Positions 9,714 through 19,671 of a stretch of 64,000 bases of DNA are shown here, piece by piece. Within the stretch, counting starts at the first letter, position 1. The number at the start of each line of letters is the position of its first letter. The notes beneath the pieces were generated by a model. The model did not search any database. It was not told the origin of the DNA and saw only the letters and a list, made by a program, of their open reading frames with translations. The DNA comes from Phormidium sp. (GTDB taxonomy: Bacteria > Cyanobacteriota > Cyanobacteriia > Cyanobacteriales > Aerosakkonemataceae). A program made the translations under genes and the position numbers. Location: the NCBI GenBank assembly GCA_051013385.1, contig CP143273.1, forward strand, positions 1,312,001 through 1,376,000, in the 5' to 3' direction.

Positions 9714-10370
9714 ATGACACCATTTCGCGATCGCACAGAAGCAGGTAAATTATTAGCCGAAAAACTGACAAAATATGCTAATCGTCCAGATGTTTTGGTA
9801 TTAGCATTACCTCGTGGCGGGGTTCCAGTTGCTTTTGAAGTAGCCAAAGCTTTAAATGTACCATTGGACGTATTTATAGTGCGAAAATTGGGAGTTCCTA
9901 GCCATACAGAATTGGCGATGGGTGCGATCGCGTCAGGTGGTGTCTGCTTCTTGGAGCGAGAAATTATTAGGTCGTTTGATGTTTCCCAAGAAGCGATCGA
10001 TTTAGTCAAACAACATGAAACGAAAGAATTAGAACGGCGGGAAAATACTTACCGAAAAAACCGCCCGGAACCTAATTTTCGCGATCGCACCATCATTTTA
10101 GTAGACGATGGTTTAGCTACTGGTGCTACGATGCGGGTTGCTGTAATGGCGCTAAAACCTCACCAACCAAAGTCTATTGTGGTGGCGGTTCCTGTTGCAG
10201 CCACAGAAAGTTTTTCTGAATTTGGCGCAGAAGTAGACGAAGTGGTAAGTGTAATTTTACCGGAAAGACTTTGGGCGATCGGACATTGGTATCATGACTT
10301 TTCCCAAACCACAGATCAAGAAGTTTGTTCGCTATTGGAACAGGCAAACTGTCAACTTTCAGCAACTTAA
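9714..10370 (+). CDS. Phosphoribosyltransferase family protein
   Basis: LALPRGGVPV and ILVDDGLATGATM (PRPP-binding loop). Confidence 0.9.
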   Translation: MTPFRDRTEAGKLLAEKLTKYANRPDVLVLALPRGGVPVAFEVAKALNVPLDVFIVRKLGVPSHTELAMGAIASGGVCFLEREIIRSFDVSQEAIDLVKQHETKELERRENTYRKNRPEPNFRDRTIILVDDGLATGATMRVAVMALKPHQPKSIVVAVPVAATESFSEFGAEVDEVVSVILPERLWAIGHWYHDFSQTTDQEVCSLLEQANCQLSAT

Positions 10371-10391
10371 TTATTTAGGAGGAAGTGAGTA

Positions 10392-10751
10392 ATGAAAACG
10401 TTTAATTTGCGGAAACTAATAGTTCTTTGCGTTGCGACATTTACACTATTTTTAGGTCAATTTTTTAATTCTGGTAACTCGCTGTTAGCACAAGGGGGTA
10501 TCACTCCAGAAGGCGACTATTATCAAGTTGCACCAGAATATGCAGGTAAAGGCACAGTTAATTCAGTCAAAGAAACAGTGAAAAACGCTACAGAAAATGT
10601 AGTAGAAAAGCTGAATTTGAATGAACCGCTACCTCCAGAAACGAAAAAGTTTATCAATCAAGTAGAAGATTCCGTTGGTAACACGGCAAAACCAATTACG
10701 GGAAATCGAGAAGGATATTTTGACCAAGAAAATACCCAAATTAGACGTTGA
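10392..10751 (+). CDS. Hypothetical exported protein
   Basis: N-terminal hydrophobic signal-like segment; AGGAGG RBS; operon position. Confidence 0.65.
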   Translation: MKTFNLRKLIVLCVATFTLFLGQFFNSGNSLLAQGGITPEGDYYQVAPEYAGKGTVNSVKETVKNATENVVEKLNLNEPLPPETKKFINQVEDSVGNTAKPITGNREGYFDQENTQIRR

Positions 10752-10800
10752 TTAATTAAAGAAAAATCGTTATTCCTTTAATTTCAGGAGAATCAGATTA

Positions 10801-11970
10801 ATGAAAGCAGTTTGCTGGCATGGTGCTATGGATGTACGGGTGGAAAATGTACCCGATCCCAAAATTCTTAACCCTCGTGATGCGATTATTAAAATTACTT
10901 CAACGGCAATTTGTGGCTCAGATTTGCACATTTATGATGGCTTCATTCCCACAATGGAAAAAGGGGATATTTTGGGTCATGAATTCATGGGAGAAGTAGT
11001 GGACTTAGGCAGCGAAGTCAAGAATGTAAAAATTGGCGATCGCGTAGTCGTTCCCTTCACCATTTCTTGTGGCAACTGCTTCTTTTGTAACCGCGATTTA
11101 TGGTCACTTTGCGACAATTCTAACCCGAATGCTTGGATGGCAGAAAAAATGATGGGTCATTCACCATCGGGATTATTTGGTTACTCCCATTTATTCGGCG
11201 GATATGCAGGCGGACAAGCAGAATATGCCCGCGTTCCCTTTGCCGATGTTGGGTTATTCAAAATACCTGAAGGACTAACAGACGACCAAGTTTTATTCCT
11301 CACAGATATCTTTCCAACTGGTTACATGGCAGCGGAAAATTGCCAAATTGAACCGGGCGATACTGTAGCAATTTGGGGTTGTGGCCCAGTGGGACAATTT
11401 GCCATTAAAAGTGCTTATTTGTTGGGGGCCGATCGGGTAATTGCGATCGACAGAATTCCCGAACGTTTACAAATGGCAAAAGAACAAGGAAACGCCGAAA
11501 TAATTAATTACGAAGAAGTCGATCCAGGCGAAGCATTAAAAGAAATGACAGGCGGAAGAGGCCCCGATGCTTGCCTTGATGCCGTAGGAATGGAAGCACA
11601 TGGAACAGGGCTAGATGCCTTCTACGATAAAGCCAAACAAGCAGTACGTTTAGAAACAGATAGACCTACCGCATTAAGGCAAGTAATGGTTGCTTGTCGT
11701 AAAGGTGGGAGAGTATCTTTAGCAGGTGTTTATGGCGGCTTTTTAGACAAAATTCCGATGGGTGCCGCCTTCAACAAAGGCTTATCTTTTAAGATGGGAC
11801 AAACTCATGTTCATCGATACTTAAAACCGTTGTTAGAACATATCCAAAACGGCAAAATTGACCCTTCTTTTGTGATTACTCACAAAATGAATTTAGAAGA
11901 CGCACCCAAAGGCTACGAAATTTTCAAACACAAAAAAGACCACTGCATCAAAGTTGTTTTAAAACCGTAA
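10801..11970 (+). CDS. Zinc-dependent alcohol/formaldehyde dehydrogenase family protein
   Basis: ICGSDLH, GHEFMG, CxxCxxCx7C structural zinc site, GCGPVG. Confidence 0.93.
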   Translation: MKAVCWHGAMDVRVENVPDPKILNPRDAIIKITSTAICGSDLHIYDGFIPTMEKGDILGHEFMGEVVDLGSEVKNVKIGDRVVVPFTISCGNCFFCNRDLWSLCDNSNPNAWMAEKMMGHSPSGLFGYSHLFGGYAGGQAEYARVPFADVGLFKIPEGLTDDQVLFLTDIFPTGYMAAENCQIEPGDTVAIWGCGPVGQFAIKSAYLLGADRVIAIDRIPERLQMAKEQGNAEIINYEEVDPGEALKEMTGGRGPDACLDAVGMEAHGTGLDAFYDKAKQAVRLETDRPTALRQVMVACRKGGRVSLAGVYGGFLDKIPMGAAFNKGLSFKMGQTHVHRYLKPLLEHIQNGKIDPSFVITHKMNLEDAPKGYEIFKHKKDHCIKVVLKP

Positions 11971-12006
11971 ATAAGTCATTTAGCAAACAACAAATTAGGA
12001 GGTTAT

Positions 12007-12216
12007 ATGTTTCTCAAAAGTAAAGAAACAGGTACACTGATTCAAATTCATGATACTGAAGATCTGATTAATCCTAATCAACAAGAAATCAAAGGACAAG
12101 ATCAAGCGGGACAAGAAGAACAAGATACTACTACTTACAGCAAACAAGAATTAGTTTTCCCATCCGGTGAAAGTCTCCCCCGTTGCTGGTTAGATAGCAA
12201 CTACACAAAAGCTTAG
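12007..12216 (+). CDS. Small conserved cyanobacterial protein
   Basis: QAGQEEQD and FPSGESLPRCW motifs; AGGAGG RBS. Confidence 0.75.
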   Translation: MFLKSKETGTLIQIHDTEDLINPNQQEIKGQDQAGQEEQDTTTYSKQELVFPSGESLPRCWLDSNYTKA

Positions 12217-12223
12217 TCTATTT

Positions 12224-12253
12224 GTAGGGTGCGTTAGTGAAACGTAACGCACC
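12224..12253 (+). repeat. GTAG-type REP/short dispersed repeat
   Basis: GTAGGGTGCGTTAGTGAAACGTAACGCACC; a related copy lies at 16355-16384. Confidence 0.65.
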
Positions 12254-12310
12254 ATCCGGTTGAGCTTTGAAATAACCAGAAATTTTACCAATTACCAAAG
12301 GGAAAGAACC

Positions 12311-12649
12311 ATGCCCGATACAAGTGTTAAAAAAGTAGATTCTACTCATTCTCCTAAAGGTGAAATGGGGCAAAAATACCTCGCTTCGGGAAAAAGTCTT
12401 TCCATGCGTCTTTGGGAAGATGAACAACCAACTGATGTTAAACCAGAAGCGAAAAGAGATTACGAAACAGTCGGTTATGTAATCAAAGGTCGTGCAGAAT
12501 TACACCTCGAAGGACAGACAATTTTACTAGAACCTGGTAGTTCTTGGGTAGTTCCTAAAGGGGCATCTCATAGTTACAAAATTCTCGAATCATTCACAGC
12601 CGTAGAAGCAACTTCTCCGCCTGCACAGATTCACGGACGCGATGAATAA
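12311..12649 (+). CDS. Cupin domain protein
   Basis: YETVGYVIKG ... PGSSWVVPKGASHSY; the ATG at 12311 is preferred over the TTG at 12260. Confidence 0.85.
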   Translation: MPDTSVKKVDSTHSPKGEMGQKYLASGKSLSMRLWEDEQPTDVKPEAKRDYETVGYVIKGRAELHLEGQTILLEPGSSWVVPKGASHSYKILESFTAVEATSPPAQIHGRDE

Positions 12650-12710
12650 TGATGACTGAAGTCATCACAACGGACTTTTGAATTACATCCCAAAGGTGAT
12701 AGTTTTCACT

Positions 12711-12745
12711 TAGAACCCCGACTTCTTCAAGAAGTCGGGGTTCTA
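12711..12745. repeat. Palindromic repeat / probable terminator of the stress operon
   Basis: TAGAACCCCGACTTCTTCAAGAAGTCGGGGTTCTA. Confidence 0.65.
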
Positions 12746-12851
12746 AAGCGGTGGGCAAGCGGACTGGAAGAATAATTAAAAAATTACTAAAATATCCAAG
12801 AAATTGTAGATTATTTGCTAAGTTCATCTGGAAAAATACTAGGTGAACTTT

Positions 12852-13121
12852 ATGGGCTGGCGTGTAACACTTGTGGTTGAACCTGGGTGCGGAGACGACT
12901 TTGAATCAGGGCTGATAAATATTGAATGTCAAGATTTAAAAGAAGGTCAAGATATTTTAAATAAAATTACCCCTATGGGGCAAAAAGTACAGGAAATTAT
13001 CACAGAAAAAGATGGATATGGGGAACCAATGTGTTGGCTGAAAATCTCCGAAGCTAACATTAAATCTTTATGGTTGTGGTTCATGAGTGATGATGAGGAT
13101 GATGATATCGAAGAGGAATAA
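12852..13121 (+). CDS. Hypothetical protein with an acidic tail
   Basis: ATG after AGGTG; protein-like composition; ends DDEDDDIEEE. Confidence 0.55.
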   Translation: MGWRVTLVVEPGCGDDFESGLINIECQDLKEGQDILNKITPMGQKVQEIITEKDGYGEPMCWLKISEANIKSLWLWFMSDDEDDDIEEE

Positions 13122-13164
13122 ATAAATTTAATTCAATTCAAATTTAGAGTAAACAGGAGTATTT

Positions 13165-13395
13165 ATGACAGCACATACCGATGAAGAACAGATAAAAATC
13201 TACCAACAAATGCTTGATGCTAATGCAGAAAAAATAATAGAGGGTGTAACAGAACGTATAAATGCTACGCTCAAACAATATATAGAAGTGGATTTCCCTG
13301 ATATTGTCGCAGATGTCCTTGACAGATATCTGCAACAACTAGCAGAAGAGGCTGAAGAGGAAGAAAATGAAGACGATGAAGCTGAAGAGGAATAA
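13165..13395 (+). CDS. Hypothetical acidic helical protein
   Basis: AGGAG RBS; ends EEAEEEENEDDEAEEE. Confidence 0.6.
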   Translation: MTAHTDEEQIKIYQQMLDANAEKIIEGVTERINATLKQYIEVDFPDIVADVLDRYLQQLAEEAEEEENEDDEAEEE

Positions 13396-13512
13396 ATTAA
13401 TTGATACAATCCACATCAACAAACAAAAAATCAGTTCTGGTACTCATTTAATTGAGCAGGGTGTAGAGGGACAGGGGAGACAATTGTAGAATTTTATCCT
13501 TTTCTCTTTCTT

Positions 13513-13564
13513 TCCTTCTGCCTTCTGCCTTGGAGCCTTCTGCCTTCAAAGAATCTTCTGCCTT
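13513..13564. repeat. Heptamer STRR-like repeats (CCTTCTG)
   Basis: Several tandem and degenerate CCTTCTG copies. Confidence 0.55.
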
Positions 13565-13616
13565 ATCCTAGAATAAAGTGAGCATTACACCTGACCATTA
13601 GGCAAAGGGAGTCCCG

Positions 13617-16349
13617 ATGAAGCGCAAGAATCCAAAAGTCCTCGCATTGATACTACAAAGCAGTGTTGTTCTTTCTACTTTTCTGTTTTCCCTTGGTCTT
13701 GCTAGCGCCCAAACAACTGCACCTACAAGCCCAGCAATTAACACTCTGGAACGACAAGAACTTAGACGTTTGAGAGAGGAAAGGCGCATTCAACAACAAG
13801 TTCAAGCGGAGGCAAATCTTGCTTTCAGTCGGACGACTACGTTATTTAATATTTTGTTGGCTATTTTAGGGTTACTTTTGACTGCTTCTTTGGTGGCAAT
13901 TTTCCTGTTGCGGCGTTCTGTTTTGCGAGAGGTGGGAGTTGTTGTTAAAGAACATCTTAGTGGGTTGAAAGATTTAGAATTGAAATTGGCTAGTGCTAGT
14001 CAAGAAGTGCAAAATATTCTGTTAGTTGCAGCGGATTTAGAGAAGAAGCTGAATAAACAAGTTGATGAGTTTCAATTGGAAATTGACGATCGCTACGAAG
14101 ATGTGTCGCAAATTTCGGCGGAGTTGTCCCAATCTAAAAAACAGGCTTTAAAGGAGTTGGAAACGCAACTTAAAGATGCTCAATTAGCTTTGATGGAAGT
14201 AAGTAATGAGTTTAAGGTGCATTTGGTGGAATTACGATCGGACGCACAATACCAAAGAAATTCAGCTGTTGAAAGTTTGGAAAGATTAGCTGGGGAATTG
14301 ATTCCACATTTAGAAAGGTTGAAAGCAGACACCGAAGAACAAGGAAAAGCGGTAATTCATAATTTGGAAAAATCCAAAACAGATTTTGGTACTCAGTTGA
14401 ATATTTTGTTGGCAGATGTGCAGAAACAACGGGATTTATTGACGCAGAATTTACAAAAGTTGAGTGCTGAGTTTGTGCCGTTAGTTTCGCAATTACAAAC
14501 AGAGGTTAAATCCCAAAAAGATACGACTATTCAACATTTGAAACAGGCGGAAACAGATTTTGATATTAAGTTAACTGCACTGCATTCGGATACGGAAAGG
14601 CAACGCGATCGCATTCTCCAAAACCTGCAACATTTAGAAACAGAATTTTCTCCCCAACTTTTGGCAATTCAAGCTAACACAGAACAAAAAGCCAAGGAAC
14701 TGCATAATTCAACTATGCAGAAGATGGAGAAATTAAGCGGGGAAATGACCAAGGAATTGGATGGTTCTAAATCTCAAATTCTCGGCAAAATGAGTGAAAG
14801 TCTCCAGAGATTACAAGCTTTAGAAAAAGACTTTACTACACAAGTGGAGGGTTGGCGATCGGGAATTTCCGCCAGCAAGGAACAAACTTTGCAAAGTCTG
14901 CAAGGTTTAGATACAGAAGTGAAAAATCAGTTAACTAAGTTACAGTCAGGAATTGCCAGCAAACAAGCAGAAACACAACAGGTTTTAGCCCAGCTAAACG
15001 GCGAAATAAAAAACCAATTGTCTCAATTACAAGCGGAAATTCAAAAACAACAAAGTGCTAGCCAAGCTAATTTACAAAAATTAGAAGCAGCCGTGAGAAA
15101 TCAATTAGCGCAATTGGAAACGGAAGTCAAAAAACAACAAGAAGCAAACCAAAATCATCTGGAAGAATTAGCCAGGGAAGCGGCGACTTTTGTCTCTCAA
15201 TTCCAAGCAGAAATTCAAGCGAGAAAAGAGCAGGTAATTCACAGTTTGGGAGAATCACAACATTTTGTGTCGCACAAACTGAGCGAAATTGAATCAGATG
15301 CAATAACACAAAAAGCACATATTTTGCAAAGATTAGCTGATACTTCTTCAGATGCGATCGCCCAAACACTAATCCCCGAAACTCATCATCAATTGCAAAC
15401 TTTAAACGAAGAGTTACAACGCCTGAAAGTTAATCATCCTGACTTGTTTTTATCACCAGATGATTACTTTAATCAAGGTAATGCTTTGTTCGCAGAAGGT
15501 GAATATCACGAAGCTATTGCAAAATACGATCGCGCGATCGAATACACAACTGATAACACTCAAGCTTGGTATCAGAAAGGTTTAGCTTATTGGGAATTGA
15601 AGAAGTACGAACAAGCGATCGCTTCCTTTGACAAAGTGTTAGAAATTAATCCCGAAGATATGGAAAGTTTGTATCATCGCGGTTTAGCTTTGAAGGAATT
15701 AAGACGCTTTGAACCTGCATTAGCTATTTTTAATAAAGTAACCCAAGTGCAAGAAAATCATTACAAAGCTTGGTTACAAAAAGGGATGATTTTAGGCAAA
15801 CTAAAACGCCACGAAGATGCGATCGCAGCTTACGATATAGCTATTCAAATTAAACCAGATTATCATGAAGCTTGGGTCGATCGGGGAGTCGCTTTAGGAA
15901 CTTTGCAACAACACGAAGAAGCTTTTCAATCCTTTGAACAAGCTACCACATTACAACCCGATGATGCCGTAGCTTGGATAAATCAAGGTTTAGCTTTAGG
16001 AGTTTTGGAAAGATACGAAGATGCAATTTCCGCTTTTGAAAAAGCCATTCAACTAAATCCAGAATCTCACAAAGCTTGGAATTACAAAGGCGAAATGTTG
16101 GTTAAATTAGAACGGGATGAAGAAGCAATAGAAAGCTTCGATCGCGCTACCCAAATTGAGCCAAAATATGCACAAGCATATTACAACAAAGCCGCCTGTT
16201 TTGCACTGCAAGAACAGGTAAAATCAGCCGTAGAAAACTTAGAACAGGCAATTAGAATTAATCCCAAATATCGTCAAGAAGCAAAAAGCGATCGAGACTT
16301 TGAAGCGATATCAGAGGACGATCGTTTCTGGCAATTAATCGAAGGCTAA
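13617..16349 (+). CDS. Membrane-anchored coiled-coil protein with C-terminal TPR repeats
   Basis: Signal peptide, one TM helix, long helical repeat region, about 8 TPRs (e.g. AWYQKGLAY, AWVDRGVAL). Confidence 0.88.
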   Translation: MKRKNPKVLALILQSSVVLSTFLFSLGLASAQTTAPTSPAINTLERQELRRLREERRIQQQVQAEANLAFSRTTTLFNILLAILGLLLTASLVAIFLLRRSVLREVGVVVKEHLSGLKDLELKLASASQEVQNILLVAADLEKKLNKQVDEFQLEIDDRYEDVSQISAELSQSKKQALKELETQLKDAQLALMEVSNEFKVHLVELRSDAQYQRNSAVESLERLAGELIPHLERLKADTEEQGKAVIHNLEKSKTDFGTQLNILLADVQKQRDLLTQNLQKLSAEFVPLVSQLQTEVKSQKDTTIQHLKQAETDFDIKLTALHSDTERQRDRILQNLQHLETEFSPQLLAIQANTEQKAKELHNSTMQKMEKLSGEMTKELDGSKSQILGKMSESLQRLQALEKDFTTQVEGWRSGISASKEQTLQSLQGLDTEVKNQLTKLQSGIASKQAETQQVLAQLNGEIKNQLSQLQAEIQKQQSASQANLQKLEAAVRNQLAQLETEVKKQQEANQNHLEELAREAATFVSQFQAEIQARKEQVIHSLGESQHFVSHKLSEIESDAITQKAHILQRLADTSSDAIAQTLIPETHHQLQTLNEELQRLKVNHPDLFLSPDDYFNQGNALFAEGEYHEAIAKYDRAIEYTTDNTQAWYQKGLAYWELKKYEQAIASFDKVLEINPEDMESLYHRGLALKELRRFEPALAIFNKVTQVQENHYKAWLQKGMILGKLKRHEDAIAAYDIAIQIKPDYHEAWVDRGVALGTLQQHEEAFQSFEQATTLQPDDAVAWINQGLALGVLERYEDAISAFEKAIQLNPESHKAWNYKGEMLVKLERDEEAIESFDRATQIEPKYAQAYYNKAACFALQEQVKSAVENLEQAIRINPKYRQEAKSDRDFEAISEDDRFWQLIEG

Positions 16350-16354
16350 TTCCC

Positions 16355-16384
16355 GTAGGGTGCGTTACGCTGGCGTAACGCACC
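16355..16384 (+). repeat. GTAG-type REP/short dispersed repeat
   Basis: GTAGGGTGCGTTACGCTGGCGTAACGCACC. Confidence 0.65.
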
Positions 16385-16464
16385 GCCAATTCTCATATAT
16401 TGTGTATAGCCTGTTCCCTATTCCCTTTCAATCAAAATATTTTGAACATTTAAGGAGAAATTTT

Positions 16465-17253
16465 ATGCAGGTAGCACTTCAGCAGATTGTAGTTTCTCCT
16501 GGTCAACAATTACTATTAAAAAATGTAAGTTGGCAGCAATTTCAAGAAATATTAGCCAGTTTAGGAGCAAATCGCAATTCTAGAATTGCTTATAGCCAAG
16601 GAATGTTAGAAATCATCGTGCCTTTACCAGAACACGAAAGTGATAAAGTAATTATTGGTGATTTAGTTAAGGCAATTTTAGAAGAAATAGATATTGAGTT
16701 TAGAAGTTTAGGTTCAACAACTTTTGAAAATGAACAAATGCTTGCCGTCGTAGAACCAGATGATTGTTTTTATATTCAAAATGAGGCAGCAATTAGAGGC
16801 AAAAAGCGGTTAAATTTCAAGGTAGATCCGCCGCCAGATTTAGCAATAGAAATTGATATTACATCGAAAACTAAATTGGCAATTTACCAAAATTTAAGAG
16901 TTCCCGAACTTTGGCGTTATAACGGACAAAAGCTAGAAATCAATCTCTTACAATCAGGTAATTTAGATTTAAAACAGTACCCACCTCCAGACTTAGCAAT
17001 AGAAGCAGATGTTACTTCTAAAACTACTTTAAATTCTTCCGAAGCGATGGGTGTTCCTGAAGTTTGGATTTACCGCAATCAGCAACTAAAAATTTACTTA
17101 CTTTCCGATCGAGGTTATACAGAAACATCCATCAGTCCTACCTTTCCAGACTTACCTATAATTGAACTAATTCCCCAATTGGTGCAAAAAGCGATCGATG
17201 AAGGAACTAGCAAAATGCTGCGCGATCTTAGAACAGAAAATTGGATATTATGA
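16465..17253 (+). CDS. Uma2 family endonuclease-like protein, chimeric with two C-terminal halves
   Basis: EPDDCFY; PPPDLAIEIDITS..VPELW followed by PPPDLAIEADVTS..VPEVW; AGGAG RBS before ATG 16465. Confidence 0.8.
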   Translation: MQVALQQIVVSPGQQLLLKNVSWQQFQEILASLGANRNSRIAYSQGMLEIIVPLPEHESDKVIIGDLVKAILEEIDIEFRSLGSTTFENEQMLAVVEPDDCFYIQNEAAIRGKKRLNFKVDPPPDLAIEIDITSKTKLAIYQNLRVPELWRYNGQKLEINLLQSGNLDLKQYPPPDLAIEADVTSKTTLNSSEAMGVPEVWIYRNQQLKIYLLSDRGYTETSISPTFPDLPIIELIPQLVQKAIDEGTSKMLRDLRTENWIL

Positions 17254-17277
17254 AGCATTACAACTAATAGATAAATC

Positions 17278-17439
17278 ATGATTCAGCTATCCCACAAAGC
17301 TCTAACTTTTGAAAACTTCATTAGCGAATATGGAGATAATGAGCGATAGGAATTGCTTGAGGGAGAAGTAATTCAAATGGAACCAACAGGCCCTCATGAA
17401 CAAGTTGCTGGATTAATTAATTGTGAACTCAACTTTTAA
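17278..17439 (+). pseudogene. Truncated Uma2 family gene remnant
   Basis: MIQLSHKALTFENFISEYGDNER*ELLEGEVIQMEPTGPHEQVAG..., with an in-frame TAG at 17347 and truncation after about 53 codons. Confidence 0.7.
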
Positions 17440-17766
17440 TATTAATTGTGCGATCGCATTAGATGTTGCTTTCATCCATAATACCATGAATTAAATAATT
17501 AAGGACTTAAAAAAAACTAAAAAATTAGCTATATTTTCTAAAATAAAATCTCTTTACCTTAGCAAAACAATATATTTAAAGTAAATTAAATACTGCCTAA
17601 TCCGGCATTTTTGTTGAATATCTTAATTCCTCAACTCTTTTCCGTCAAGTGAACGCCTGAAAAATCAAGAATTTATACATTTTTTTTCCTAAGAGCGATA
17701 TTAGAGGTAAAGTTAAATGGGTTGATTTTTAACCTTGTGTTTTTCTAACCAAAGTTAAGGAGTATT

Positions 17767-18228
17767 ATGAAAACCACTCATTTTCTAATTGGCGGCATTG
17801 TTGTCGCTGGAGCATCTGCTGCGCTTTTAACCTCTGTTTCCCATGCTCAAACACCACCACCTCTACCCCCATTACAGAAAAATTGTGTTTATCTCAAAGA
17901 GGTTTCCACAGGAAAGATCGAGATTAGAAAATTAGTACGAGCCCGCAATGAGAATACAGATTTTGCTGTTCCTACAGGAATCCGATTTACATCCTACATT
18001 GCTCAATTATTGCCGGAAAATAATGCCGACTACGAGGCTAATTTGTATTTCAAATACAATGACGGTAGCAATGCAAAAGTATTTAGTAAAAAAATTCCGG
18101 CTCAGCGGTTCCGGCGTTATACAGGAGTTTTTCGTTCTCCGAATCTGAGGCAACCTTTTCAGATCAACTTTAATATTTCTAGTAATCGAAACAATGCCTA
18201 TCGAATTGCTGTGATGGCTTGCCAATAG
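17767..18228 (+). CDS. Hypothetical secreted protein
   Basis: Signal peptide (SHA-Q), Pro-rich linker, NTDFAVP motif, two Cys; AAGGAG RBS. Confidence 0.75.
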   Translation: MKTTHFLIGGIVVAGASAALLTSVSHAQTPPPLPPLQKNCVYLKEVSTGKIEIRKLVRARNENTDFAVPTGIRFTSYIAQLLPENNADYEANLYFKYNDGSNAKVFSKKIPAQRFRRYTGVFRSPNLRQPFQINFNISSNRNNAYRIAVMACQ

Positions 18229-18303
18229 TTTAGTATTCCAGGCTCTCCCGTAGTTATAGCGGAAAACTCTGGTTTTGGGGACTAGAGATTATCACCCCCA
18301 AAA

Positions 18304-19161
18304 TCAAGGGTTCACCGCATTAAATAAAGCCGAGTAATCAGCATCAGCTAACCCCATTTCTTGAGCAATTTCTAAAATTTGCCGCACCCCTTCCAAGCTA
18401 TTAGCATTTAAGTTATTTGACTGCGCTTGCTTCAGGAACAAATTTGTATCTTTGAGCAAATGTTTAGTCGGAAAATTGGGATTAGTAAAATCCCTTTCCA
18501 ACATTCGCTTTAGTTTCTTATCGAAAGTAGGTGCATATAAAGCACTTTGGCGTAAAAGTTCCATGAAAGTTTCCACTTCTACACCTTGTTTTTGGACTAA
18601 ACTTAAACTCAAAGCGAAGGCAGTAGTTAAGGAAGCAATTAATTGATTTAGTGCTAATTTAACTGCCGCTGCTGTACCTACTGAGCCAATTAAACGAGGT
18701 TCGGAACCGAAGTTTTGTAATAGATTTGACCATTTCGCAAATTGTTCGGGAGTTGCGCCTACCATGACGATTAATTTACCAGCTTCCGCTTCGGGAATAC
18801 TGCCTAAAACTGGTGCTTCTAAATACTCACCTCCAGCCGCAATTACTTGCTTTTCAATCTCTTGGCTTTCTTGGGGGGAAATGGTTCCCATTTGAATAAT
18901 AGTGCGTCCTTTAAGTTCAGCTTTGGCACTTTCAGAAAGTAATACTTCCTCAATGGCTGAAGCGTTGGTGAGCATTAAAATTATACAATCGGCAGCGGCG
19001 ATCGCACTCTCTGGCGAATCAACCACTTGAGCACCCGCTGCTTTCAATTCTTCCACCTTTGATGCCGTCCGATTGTAAACAACCACAGGTATTCTGGCAC
19101 ACAATAATCTTTGCGCCAAAGGCTTACCCATTAACCCAGTTCCCAAAAATCCTACTTTCAT
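18304..19161 (-). CDS. NAD(P)-dependent oxidoreductase, beta-hydroxyacid dehydrogenase family
   Basis: GFLGTGLMG, EAPVLGS and AVKLALN motifs. Confidence 0.92.
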   Translation of the reverse strand: MKVGFLGTGLMGKPLAQRLLCARIPVVVYNRTASKVEELKAAGAQVVDSPESAIAAADCIILMLTNASAIEEVLLSESAKAELKGRTIIQMGTISPQESQEIEKQVIAAGGEYLEAPVLGSIPEAEAGKLIVMVGATPEQFAKWSNLLQNFGSEPRLIGSVGTAAAVKLALNQLIASLTTAFALSLSLVQKQGVEVETFMELLRQSALYAPTFDKKLKRMLERDFTNPNFPTKHLLKDTNLFLKQAQSNNLNANSLEGVRQILEIAQEMGLADADYSALFNAVNP

Positions 19162-19335
19162 CGACTACTAACCCGATCGCCACAACTTAAAATTACACCT
19201 TCTTTGACAATTAATTGCGTTTGCGATCGTTTAATTAAGTCTTATGTCAAAAGATTTATTGCAAATTTATAATAGGTATTCTATTATTTAGTTAAGTTCT
19301 TCTTAACCTGTTCTTTACCTTAAGGAGGTACAGGG

Positions 19336-19653
19336 ATGGCTCTAATGGATGATCTACTCAAGGGTTTAGCATTGGATGAAGTAATCGCTGGTGGCGGTGT
19401 TCCCGGTGCTGTGGTAGGTATCGGCGCATTGCTGTTAGCACCCGTCTTAATTCCAGCGGTAGCAGGCGCAGGTAAACCTGTAGCCAAGGCTGTGATTAAA
19501 GAGGGAATTAAACTTTACGAAAAAGGTAAAGAGTCTTTTGCAGAAGTGGGAGAAGTTTTTGAAGATTTGATCGCGGAAGCGAAAGCAGAACTCGCAGAAG
19601 ATGACAAAACTTCTACAAATAACCAACCACAACCAATAGTTGTTAGCGACTGA
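19336..19653 (+). CDS. DUF5132-like small membrane protein (FezA-like GxxxG helix)
   Basis: GVPGAVVGIGALLLAP hydrophobic segment, KPVAKAVIK, EDLIAEAKAE; AAGGAGG RBS. Confidence 0.75.
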   Translation: MALMDDLLKGLALDEVIAGGGVPGAVVGIGALLLAPVLIPAVAGAGKPVAKAVIKEGIKLYEKGKESFAEVGEVFEDLIAEAKAELAEDDKTSTNNQPQPIVVSD

Positions 19654-19671
19654 AGTCTCAAAGAGGCTTAA

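Noticed and set aside
16360..16464. Extended N-terminus of the Uma2 ORF
   Set aside because: The GTG start lies in a REP; the RBS supports ATG 16465
19250..19295. Fur box upstream of the fez-like cluster
   Set aside because: AT-rich TTATTGCAAATTTATAATA is only a partial match; it cannot be separated from background without a PWM scan
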